This document shows positions 1 through 7,703 of a DNA stretch of 64,000 nt, piece by piece (within the stretch, counting starts at the first letter, position 1; each line of letters opens with the position of its first letter). The stretch spans positions 15,935-79,934 of the forward strand of contig CAZKPX010000005.1 of NCBI GenBank assembly GCA_964554805.1, written 5' to 3'. A program made the position numbers and the translations under genes. The notes below the pieces were generated by a model. It was not told the origin of the DNA. It did not search any database and saw only the letters and a list, made by a program, of their open reading frames with translations. The stretch comes from an uncultured Candidatus Saccharibacteria bacterium (lineage in GTDB: Bacteria > Patescibacteriota > CAZHWT01).

Positions 1-180
1 AAGCAAGCAGTTCATGACTACCCTGATCTACTTATCGAATGTGATGGAGGGGTCAGCACTCGAACAATTCGCAGCCTAGCCCTAGCCGGCGCTCGTCAAT
101 TTGCCATTGGATCATATTTTCATCGCACCCCAGTCCAGTCAGGTCTCCGCGCTCTCCGCGCCACCATTGACAATCAATAG
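1..180 (+). CDS. rpe: ribulose-phosphate 3-epimerase, 3-prime partial (C-terminal ~59 aa)
   Basis: Frame 1 reads ...ECDGGVSTRTIRSLALAGARQFAIGSYFHRTP... and stops at 178-180. This matches the conserved DGGV / AGA..xxGS C-terminal segment of Rpe. Confidence 0.5.
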   Translation, partial: KQAVHDYPDLLIECDGGVSTRTIRSLALAGARQFAIGSYFHRTPVQSGLRALRATIDNQ

Positions 181-223
181 GCCTCCGTCCTAAGCTGTCT
201 GTAGACATCCTTACCCATAAATC

Positions 224-913
224 ATGACCGAAGTATTTATTATTCTCGCCATTCTCATAGTCTTCGCCTCAATTACTGGTCTGATCATCGCCTATCTTAT
301 TCAACGCGGCCAACACGCCTTCAATTTCAAAACTGTCTTCTTGGCCTATTTCTATGTCGTGTCAATTATTAGCTTGCTCGCTATCGTCATGGGTGGTGCC
401 ACCGTCGGAAAAGCCATCCTATCTGACATATTCGGTCGCGACTTTAGCTATCAAACAAGCAATTTTGCTGTAGCCGAACCAATGCCAGATCCGGCGCAAA
501 GCACTGAAGAAGCCGGCTTGATAACCAAAAATGCTCAAGTAATAGCTGATCAAAACAAGCAGCATACTGAGACACTCTACCAAGACGATTTGCTCAATGG
601 CGTTAGCATGTTGGCAGTCGGGTTAATTTTCTTAGTCACTCACGTCCTTGGATGGAGGACACTCGACTCTGCGCCAAAAAGACAGTCATCTTTCCTCTTT
701 CGTGCCTACATTTTCGCTCAACTCGGATTGTATAGCTTGACTACCTTAATTGCCCTGCCGGCCGCTCTCAGTGAGTTGCTCAGGTTCTGGCTCCAATCTT
801 CGGAAGCGACCAGCACTCCACCCGCACCGGGGCAAATGGTGGCATTAGCAATCTTAGTTCTACCTCTATGGCTATTCTTTGTCTGGAGAACAATAAGTCT
901 TGCTAAGACTTAA
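224..913 (+). CDS. hypothetical polytopic membrane protein
   Basis: 690-nt ORF with 5-6 hydrophobic helices. It is followed by an imperfect inverted repeat at 923-997. Confidence 0.5.
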   Translation: MTEVFIILAILIVFASITGLIIAYLIQRGQHAFNFKTVFLAYFYVVSIISLLAIVMGGATVGKAILSDIFGRDFSYQTSNFAVAEPMPDPAQSTEEAGLITKNAQVIADQNKQHTETLYQDDLLNGVSMLAVGLIFLVTHVLGWRTLDSAPKRQSSFLFRAYIFAQLGLYSLTTLIALPAALSELLRFWLQSSEATSTPPAPGQMVALAILVLPLWLFFVWRTISLAKT

Positions 914-922
914 GAGAGAAGA

Positions 923-997
923 GAACAGTGAGAAGTGAGAAGAATGCGCATTAAATAGCAGGGTGTTTTTGCTTCTACTTCTCACTTCTCCTGTTCA
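923..997. terminator. imperfect long inverted repeat (gaacagtgagaagtgagaag ... cttctacttctcacttctcctgttc)
   Basis: Two arms of about 20 nt separated by about 30 nt, immediately after the stop codon at 913. Confidence 0.3.
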
Positions 998-1009
998 CTT
1001 ATAAATCCC

Positions 1010-1756
1010 ATGCCTCGTCCATCCCAGTCACTGCACGCCACCCCTCACGCCATTAGTCGCCAGCATCGAGTCTGGCTATATTTTCATAATCAAAACTTAG
1101 ACGATTATTTATTATCAGCAGATCAGCTAAAAGCCACTACGCATCTACCAATCAGCGCCATCGTCTTGCCCAAAAGCTTGGCTAGAACCTATTCTCAATT
1201 AAATATATCAATACCGCTCATCGTACATCTCAATGGCCGTACGGTTAAACCACTAACCGATCAGGTGATCGCGCCGGTAGTTTGCACTGTTCAAGAGGCA
1301 GTCAGCCTGAATGCCCAAGCGGTCGTCTATACTATTTTTCTCGGATCAGTCCATCAACAAGTCATGCAAACCGAACTGTCAGCTATCAAAAAGCAAGCGG
1401 CTAGAGCCAAATTACCATTGATAGTTCAACCAGTCATGGCCGGACCGAGCAAAAACAATCACAGCCATAGCAATATGCTGTCGTACGCAGCCACCACCCT
1501 CAAAAGTTTCAAAGCCGACTACCTCTGTCTGCCAACTTCATCAGATAATCAACCAGTCAGAATAGCTCAAGCAGCTAGCCCGAGCTATCTCATTGCCGAT
1601 ATTTCGCAATCCAATAGCAATGCTGAGTTATTGTCTCAGACAAAGCAAATTATTAGCTCAGGCAATGCCGGCATCTCAATCGATCAGACAGTGCTTGATT
1701 ATCTCGATAAGACTACTGCAACAAGACTATCCCAGCTAATCTTCGGTTTGAGCTAA
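1010..1756 (+). CDS. class I aldolase-like protein (DhnA/FbaB/DeoC-type fold?)
   Basis: Pattern AVVYTIFLGS..E..LSAIKKQAARAKLPLIVQPV resembles the GADAV..G..E...PL..W segment of DhnA-type aldolases. The expected Schiff-base Lys context appears as KADYLCL, so the alignment is uncertain. Confidence 0.3.
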   Translation: MPRPSQSLHATPHAISRQHRVWLYFHNQNLDDYLLSADQLKATTHLPISAIVLPKSLARTYSQLNISIPLIVHLNGRTVKPLTDQVIAPVVCTVQEAVSLNAQAVVYTIFLGSVHQQVMQTELSAIKKQAARAKLPLIVQPVMAGPSKNNHSHSNMLSYAATTLKSFKADYLCLPTSSDNQPVRIAQAASPSYLIADISQSNSNAELLSQTKQIISSGNAGISIDQTVLDYLDKTTATRLSQLIFGLS

Positions 1757-2034
1757 CAACAAGCGTTACTTCATCAGCCCGATCGCCGACCTGATTCTAT
1801 TCAATAGTTTGTCGTTCAACCAATTCTGCTACAGGAGACTCATTGGTAGAGCTATAATATAAGTTAATTATCTGCCAAGCGCGTCTGAGAATATTGAAGT
1901 TTATTGTCAGAATCCCCTCCTCATGATACAATCTGCTAGCTCTTGCAGTAATAAAAGTTAAGTTGAAGTTTAAGTAGGGAGGTTCTTCTTACTTCTCCTT
2001 CTGACTTCTACTTAAAAACGCTGTGCATTTTCAA

Positions 2035-2183
2035 GGCGCCTTCGTCTAGTGGCCCAGGACATCTGCCCTTAATGGTGAAGATCAGGGGTTCGTAGGTAGG
2101 AAGAGATTATTGAAACATCGATTTCAATAATCGGCACTACCGTCACGAATCCGCCACAGGCGGAAGAGTTACCCCTAGGCACC
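2035..2183 (+). pseudogene. tRNA-Glu-like pseudo-tRNA with a ~91-nt structured insertion in the T-loop
   Basis: The first 57 nt are near-identical to the 5-prime part of the tRNA at 2216 (acceptor, D arm, T-stem 5-prime half). The anticodon stem has 2 mismatches (loop CCTTAAT). After GGGGTTCG comes an insert starting TAGGTAGG that contains two hairpins (ATTATTGAAA..TTTCAATAAT and CCGCCACAGGCGG). The segment ends GTTACCCCTAGGCACC. Confidence 0.4.
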
Positions 2184-2215
2184 TAGGGGATGAGAAAGCT
2201 GACAAATAAATACAT

Positions 2216-2292
2216 GGCGCCTTCGTCTAGTGGCCCAGGACATCACCCTCTCATGGTGAAGATCAGGGGTTCGAATCCCCTAGGCGTCACCA
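2216..2292 (+). tRNA. tRNA-Glu (anticodon CUC)
   Basis: Hand-folded cloverleaf: acceptor GGCGCCT/AGGCGTC, D-stem GTCT/GGAC, anticodon stem TCACC/GGTGA, loop CTCTCAT (U33, A37), T-arm AGGGG-TTCGAAT-CCCCT, discriminator A, encoded CCA. It is very close to the enterobacterial tRNA-Glu sequence. Confidence 0.85.
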
Positions 2293-3800
2293 TAAAGGAC
2301 ATAGCTTTTAGCTATGTCCTTTATTTGTTGCCACTGAGGGGAATATTGGGTGTTCTGCAGGCCTGGGTACATCCAACGTAGACCTGAGGGGAAAACAGAA
2401 CACAGTAAAATTTTTTTGACTCGCATATCTCCGTTAATGTACGTTTCTTGTATGTTAGATAGTTTATTTTCTACAAAGCCACAAAGGGCGTCTATATCGT
2501 ATGCTTTAAGCTGCTTTTGCTTGAGTAATTGATGAGCCTCGGCAATCTGCTTCTCAATAATTCCCATCTGTTCTTGAAAAACCTCGTTTGAGAATATTCC
2601 TTCAAGATTCTTCTCGACAATCTTTTGCCTTTTTCCTTTAAGGGTGTCTATTTGATGAGCTGCTTTCACTGCGCCGTACTCCACCTTTTTCATATTCTCG
2701 GTGTATTTTTTTCGCAGCATTTCAACGATTGCTCTGACCTGCTGCTTACTGAATGTTTCACCTTCCATAAGCTGTTCTAGCTCTTGGTTGGCCACTTTAG
2801 TTGGAATAGATGAAGGTAGGCCGCACCTCTTCGTACAATAATAGTAGCCATACTTTCTATTCTTGCCTTTGCTAAGCGATCCAGTCATAGCTTGTCCACA
2901 GATGCCACACTTCATTTGACGCCTTAATGGAAATTCTACATTATCATAGGTGCGAGCAACTCGCTCGCCATGGCTTGGACTACGCCCATTGAGCACATTT
3001 TGTACGGCGTAATAAACCTGCTCTGAGATCATAGCTTCATGTTGCCCCTTGGCCTCACCATAGTTTTTAGACTCTAGCATTCCACAATAGAACTTACTCC
3101 TAAATACTCCAGATAAGGTTTGTGGCCGCACTTTATAGCGTATTCCATTTTTGTGCACCCCAACCTGCTTACTATTTAGAAAATCACTTATAGATCGAAG
3201 GGTGTGAGCCCCAGATGCCATCATCTGCCAAGCCTCTCTCATAAATTCAAAAGATTCGGGGTCTTTGCTAGCATGACCCAGATGATTGATATATCCAAGC
3301 GGAACTCTGGTGATAGGTAGGCCTGCCATAAATCTAGCTTTCAACCCATTGGCCGTTCTCTCACTTCTAACATCATTATCTAGCTGCGCAAACCCAGCCA
3401 GCATAGTCTCTATGAGCTTCTCAGTTGGTGATACACCTGTAGGCTCCGTTGCAGAAACAATCTCAATCCCGATACGCTGCATTTGTGATCGAATAGATAA
3501 GTAATCCGCAGCTTGCCTCGCCATTCTGTCGATGCGATAAACAATGATAGTGCTAATGTCTTTTTTATTTTTGCGACAATAGTCCATCATTTCAAGAAGT
3601 TGTGGTCGCCCGTCAATATTCTTGGCAGAGCGCCCTTCTTCTTTAAAAACACGGTCGACCGCTATGCCTCGATTTCCAGCCTCTCTGATACAAATCTCTT
3701 CCTGTGTTGCTAGTGAGAAGTTAGCGACTTGCTCCTCGCTTGACACTCTTAAATAGAGGACTGCTTTTCCACTAGCTCGTTGCTCTCGTGCCTTTGACAT
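2280..3800 (-). CDS. large serine recombinase (site-specific integrase of the island)
   Basis: N-terminal resolvase catalytic motif AVLYLRVSSEEQ (catalytic Ser), a recombinase domain and a zinc-ribbon region CGICGQAMTG...YYYCTKRCG; 506 aa. The stop codon overlaps the 3-prime end of tRNA-Glu. Confidence 0.8.
   Translation of the reverse strand: MSKAREQRASGKAVLYLRVSSEEQVANFSLATQEEICIREAGNRGIAVDRVFKEEGRSAKNIDGRPQLLEMMDYCRKNKKDISTIIVYRIDRMARQAADYLSIRSQMQRIGIEIVSATEPTGVSPTEKLIETMLAGFAQLDNDVRSERTANGLKARFMAGLPITRVPLGYINHLGHASKDPESFEFMREAWQMMASGAHTLRSISDFLNSKQVGVHKNGIRYKVRPQTLSGVFRSKFYCGMLESKNYGEAKGQHEAMISEQVYYAVQNVLNGRSPSHGERVARTYDNVEFPLRRQMKCGICGQAMTGSLSKGKNRKYGYYYCTKRCGLPSSIPTKVANQELEQLMEGETFSKQQVRAIVEMLRKKYTENMKKVEYGAVKAAHQIDTLKGKRQKIVEKNLEGIFSNEVFQEQMGIIEKQIAEAHQLLKQKQLKAYDIDALCGFVENKLSNIQETYINGDMRVKKILLCSVFPSGLRWMYPGLQNTQYSPQWQQIKDIAKSYVLYGDA
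2294..2326 (+). terminator. intrinsic terminator hairpin after tRNA-Glu (AAAGGACATAGC-tttta-GCTATGTCCTTT + T-rich tail)
   Basis: Perfect 12-bp stem followed by ATTTGTTG. It lies inside the 3-prime end of the minus-strand recombinase ORF. Confidence 0.45.
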
Positions 3801-4030
3801 ACATCGCCCCTTTGCACAGCTTCCATATGTAATTCTTCAAATTCTTCAATCCAAGTGTCTAGTAGTTGGGAGATTGCAGCTTTTTGTTCAGTTAAAAACA
3901 TTTCTTCAGACGATTCAGCCTCTTTCTCGGCAGGAAAAAACTGAGGCAACTCTATTGTAATATTCTCAATAAGATTATCATTATTGTGATACATATGTAT
4001 CAATAGTAGCATATATGTATCACATGTCAA
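3749..4030 (-). CDS. small acidic hypothetical protein upstream of the recombinase (possible excision or directionality factor?)
   Basis: 93-aa ORF that is Glu-rich and overlaps the recombinase start. No recognisable motif. Confidence 0.2.
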   Translation of the reverse strand: MTCDTYMLLLIHMYHNNDNLIENITIELPQFFPAEKEAESSEEMFLTEQKAAISQLLDTWIEEFEELHMEAVQRGDVCQRHESNELVEKQSSI

Positions 4031-4146
4031 CTACTTAATTGAGTGTGGCTTGTTAGGCTGGGTAGCTATTTTAACGGAGTCTCCACCAGATGGTACCGCG
4101 TATGGCTACAATAATTCACGAAGAAATTTAGAGTGTCGTCCGCACA

Positions 4147-4944
4147 CTATTTGCGCTTAGCCTCTGTGTTGAGTTTATTGTTCAAATTTTTAATAGAGGC
4201 TCCAACTCTTTCTTTATCTTGACGATTGACTGGCATGTAGTAAAGGTACTGTGCTGACAGCATGGACATTTGATATAGGATTATTGCCTCAGCAATCTGT
4301 GCTTGATGAGTGCTATAATCTGCTCTATCTCTATAATTGCTCGTAAAGACTTTATCCATATGGCCTATTGTTACTAATGGTGACAAGTGATTTCTTAGAC
4401 TGGTCATTCGATAGAAGTTTTTTAAAGAATGAAATTCTTCTTCATCAATCCACGCGCTTTTCTCTAAAGACTCTAGCATTTGATCTACACTTCTATCAGC
4501 CCAGTCATTTCTAGTTTCATTTTTGTCGTTTCCGCGCTTGATATATTTCTTCTTGTTCTTGTAGTAATTATTTCGTACAGAACTTAATTCATCTTTATTG
4601 ATCTTATGTCCAATCTGAAGACGATATTTATACTCCTTCTGCCTTTCTATGTGTCTAAACTGCATGAACCTTTTTAATCGCTGCTTGGTGTCTTCGGCAT
4701 AAATATAGTTTATTCCAATCACGTTCTCTATTATGCTTCGAGCTATATCCATTGCCTGGTCGCCATAGTCATCAAGTATTAATATATCGATAGCTAATGT
4801 CGATTCATAGCACCTCACATAGTTCGCATAGAAGATTTCTTGAAATTTATTTCTTGGATACTCAAATTCCAATTCTAGAATTTCTTTAATAATTTTTATT
4901 AAATCACCGTAGTAATCATGTTGATCTGAGGATTCAGTATTCAT
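4147..4944 (-). CDS. hypothetical protein (Lys-rich central segment)
   Basis: 265-aa ORF lying between the recombinase and the T4SS genes. No motif recognised. Confidence 0.4.
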   Translation of the reverse strand: MNTESSDQHDYYGDLIKIIKEILELEFEYPRNKFQEIFYANYVRCYESTLAIDILILDDYGDQAMDIARSIIENVIGINYIYAEDTKQRLKRFMQFRHIERQKEYKYRLQIGHKINKDELSSVRNNYYKNKKKYIKRGNDKNETRNDWADRSVDQMLESLEKSAWIDEEEFHSLKNFYRMTSLRNHLSPLVTIGHMDKVFTSNYRDRADYSTHQAQIAEAIILYQMSMLSAQYLYYMPVNRQDKERVGASIKNLNNKLNTEAKRK

Positions 4945-5310
4945 TCGATTTCATTCCCATATAAAGATACATGCCCATTTTTGCCTCCCAAATGAAATTC
5001 TATTTAGAATGATGTTTCTAGAGAACAGCATCCTGGCTGAGTATGTAGTGTTTCTACCATAAATAATACTCTATTATTGCCAGGTGATTACAAAACAGTT
5101 CAAAGATAGCTCTCATTCATAACGGACTAAAGCTTATTTTAAACCCGGAGCCCTGCTTGCCTCTTGTCTGACAAGCATCCTCTGTGATATATCTCTGAAT
5201 AATAAAATAATACATACGCGCGAAGATAATCTAATCTACCACTGCTGCCCAAGTACTTAAAAGTCTGGCGTGCGGTGGTTTTTTGTTTATGCGCGAAGGA
5301 GGTTTTCTTC

Positions 5311-5637
5311 ATGAAGTACGCATATCTTGGAGTATTGCTGATGGTTCTATCAGTTCTAGTCGCACCTCCGTTAGTCTTCGCTCAATCGGCTGATGTTGAG
5401 AAAGTTCAGTCTTTCGTTCAGTCAATTATCACTATCCTCGTCACCTTTGCTGGCCTCCTATCGGTGGCCTTTTTTGTATGGGGAGGAGTTGGCTATATTA
5501 CTTCAAGTGGTCAGCCTGAAGCACTGGATCGCTCAAAGCGAACCATTATCTATTCAGCTATTGGGCTCGTTGTTTGTCTGGCAGCCTTTGTTATCTCTAA
5601 CATTGTGACTGATGTGGCCAAAAATGCTTTCGGATAA
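5311..5637 (+). CDS. TrbC/VirB2-like conjugative pilin-like protein
   Basis: AAGGAGG sits 8 nt upstream of ATG 5311. The protein has a signal peptide (...PLVFAQS) and two TM helices around a conserved WGG..Y..S.GQPE segment. A paralog lies at 42771-43067. Confidence 0.5.
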   Translation: MKYAYLGVLLMVLSVLVAPPLVFAQSADVEKVQSFVQSIITILVTFAGLLSVAFFVWGGVGYITSSGQPEALDRSKRTIIYSAIGLVVCLAAFVISNIVTDVAKNAFG

Positions 5638-5654
5638 TAGATAACTAATAAGCC

Positions 5655-6833
5655 ATGAATCCAGACCTGCAACTATTCATTAGTCAGACCCTATCGTCGC
5701 TTGTTATGATAGCCGGCATTGCCTGCGCCTTTTTGCTAGTCAAAGCAGGATACATGTATATGACCTCAGTGGGGCAACCTGAGCAGTTGTATGAAGCAAA
5801 GAAAACAATTCGCAACACGCTTATAGGGCTAGTACTCGTATTTGCCTCAAGTGCATTGGTTAATATTGCGACAGACACTTGGCGAACTGCTCCCACTTCA
5901 CCTAACACGCAACAGATTGTCATTGAACAAGTAAAAGAATCTGAAGTGCCTGGGTCGTTATCTCAAATTATCATTGAGGCAACGATAGGATTTATTAAGC
6001 AGCTGATTGAATCTAGTCTGAAGCCGATGGTGGATGGCTTGTTTCAATTCCTGACAACCACACCCTTAATGGCGACGAATGGCACCATATTCCAATTCTG
6101 GGTTGTTATGCTCGGGATTACGAATGCCTTGTTTGTCTTGGTGGTAGCGCTACTAGGCTTGCATGTCATGAGCGCGTCGAGCTTAGGTCTAGAGGAAATG
6201 AGTTTGAGTCAGATGTTCCCCAAATTATTGTTGACCTTTATTGGAGCGAACAGCTCTATTTTTTTAATCGACTGGCTCATCAGTGCAACAAATACGTTTG
6301 CGGGCATACTGCTTAATGTCAATAACGGAGGGGATAGGGGTTGGATTTTGTCAGCGCTTGATCCGGTTAATCTGCTTGTTGGTGACAGTACTCTCTTCAC
6401 CCTCATAATGCTGCTTGTGCTCCTTCTTTTAGTGGTAGCTCTGCTCATTATGTATGTCGGTAGAATCATAACTCTCTCCTTTGGTGCCGCTATCTCACCA
6501 TTAGTCTGCCTGTTGCTCGCTCATCCCAAGACTCAAAACTTTGGTATGAATCTGGTTAAGTCCTATGTCATTACGACAACGATTGTCATTGTGCATGTGC
6601 TTATCCTGCAAATCTCCTCTAGTTTATTAACTAGCCTGTCCTCTCCTGAAAATCCGCTCATGAACGCGCTCCTTGGAATTGGCATTATGCTAACCCTGCT
6701 TAAGAGTTCGTCATTCTTGCTTAAGATGGCGCTTATTGCGGGAGGGGCGAGTGCCGTTAAAGCTATTGGTGGACAAATTATTAATGTGGTCAATTCACGG
6801 AAAAATACTACCGAACAAGCAAAAACAGCATAG
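5655..6833 (+). CDS. VirB6/TrbL-like polytopic T4SS membrane protein with an N-terminal pilin-like segment
   Basis: The N-terminal 70 aa resemble the pilin (TM ... SVGQPEQL ... TM). After that come at least 6 TM helices. Confidence 0.45.
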   Translation: MNPDLQLFISQTLSSLVMIAGIACAFLLVKAGYMYMTSVGQPEQLYEAKKTIRNTLIGLVLVFASSALVNIATDTWRTAPTSPNTQQIVIEQVKESEVPGSLSQIIIEATIGFIKQLIESSLKPMVDGLFQFLTTTPLMATNGTIFQFWVVMLGITNALFVLVVALLGLHVMSASSLGLEEMSLSQMFPKLLLTFIGANSSIFLIDWLISATNTFAGILLNVNNGGDRGWILSALDPVNLLVGDSTLFTLIMLLVLLLLVVALLIMYVGRIITLSFGAAISPLVCLLLAHPKTQNFGMNLVKSYVITTTIVIVHVLILQISSSLLTSLSSPENPLMNALLGIGIMLTLLKSSSFLLKMALIAGGASAVKAIGGQIINVVNSRKNTTEQAKTA

Positions 6834-6844
6834 GAGGAAAACCA

Positions 6845-7132
6845 ATGAAACAAACGACCATGCTCTCTCAAATAACAACTCAAGAAGATGTGCTGGTAGC
6901 TGGAATCACGATGAAGCAATTAGTTATTTGGTTTATCGGAGGCTTGGGTATTGCTGCAATCTATATCTTGCTGCCGGAGCCTATGAAGCTAAACGCTTAT
7001 AAAGGAGTGCCTATGTTACTAATTGGTTCAACGACTGCTCTTTCAACGGTAAAACATAAAGGAAGTATGCTGCTAGATATTTGGCTACTAAAAGCACAAT
7101 ACGCACTTAGACCTAAAATCACCACGGAGTAA
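6845..7132 (+). CDS. small T4SS membrane protein (VirB3/PrgI-like?)
   Basis: 95 aa with one or two TM helices; AGGAGGA precedes the ATG. Its position between the VirB6-like and VirB4 genes is typical of VirB3. Confidence 0.35.
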   Translation: MKQTTMLSQITTQEDVLVAGITMKQLVIWFIGGLGIAAIYILLPEPMKLNAYKGVPMLLIGSTTALSTVKHKGSMLLDIWLLKAQYALRPKITTE

Positions 7133-7136
7133 ACCT

Positions 7137-7703
7137 ATGGCGCAAACTATTATTGATCAATTTGGTATATCAGATATTGCAGATAATTTGTTGTACTTGC
7201 ATGATGGTTCGATTTGTTTGGTACTGGAAACATCGTCGGTTAATTTGGACTTAAAGAGTGAGGCGGAGTCTGATGTGATTATTACGCATTACCAGCAACT
7301 CTTGCAGTCGCTAACCATCCCTATCCAGGTTATTGTCAAAAGTAGACGAGTGGATATGAGTGACTATGAACAGGCGATTCAAAAGAGAATTTCTGAATCC
7401 TTAGATGTGGCACACCAGGGGCAACTTGAAGAATACCAAGACTTTCTATCTCAATTAGTTGTCGGCCGCAATATGTTGACCAGACGTTTTTTTATCGTTC
7501 TTAGTCTTAAATCTGGGCGGGAGTTGAACAAGCAGCAGGTCATTGAACAACTTCAAACCCAAAAAGAGTTGTTATTAAGGCAGCTTCAGAAGTTAGAGAT
7601 TAAGGCATCTCAACTATCTAACTTGGAGTTAGCTAATGTGTTTTATGAATCATTCCAGCCAGACAAAGTAGCGAGTCAGCCGCTACGGGAGGTGAACGCA
7701 TGA
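7137..7703 (+). CDS. VirB4/TrbE-family ATPase, N-terminal domain, encoded as a separate ORF
   Basis: N-terminal pattern typical of VirB4 (..LHDGSICLVLE...). The stop overlaps the next start (ATGA at 7700-7703). Confidence 0.5.
   Translation: MAQTIIDQFGISDIADNLLYLHDGSICLVLETSSVNLDLKSEAESDVIITHYQQLLQSLTIPIQVIVKSRRVDMSDYEQAIQKRISESLDVAHQGQLEEYQDFLSQLVVGRNMLTRRFFIVLSLKSGRELNKQQVIEQLQTQKELLLRQLQKLEIKASQLSNLELANVFYESFQPDKVASQPLREVNA

Noticed and set aside
2035-2110. Second functional tRNA (possible UAA-reading suppressor, loop CCTTAAT)
   Set aside because: The anticodon stem has 2 of 5 mismatches and position 33 is C. The T-arm is interrupted by a 91-nt insert and has no proper 3-prime acceptor or CCA. 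It is called a pseudogene or att scar.
5393-6469. Several 60-120-aa ORFs on the opposite strand or in alternative frames inside T4SS genes (for example 5393-5608, 5684-5923, 6209-6469, 6563-6919, 6736-7002)
   Set aside because: They are fully embedded in longer, motif-supported genes and lack any signal of their own.
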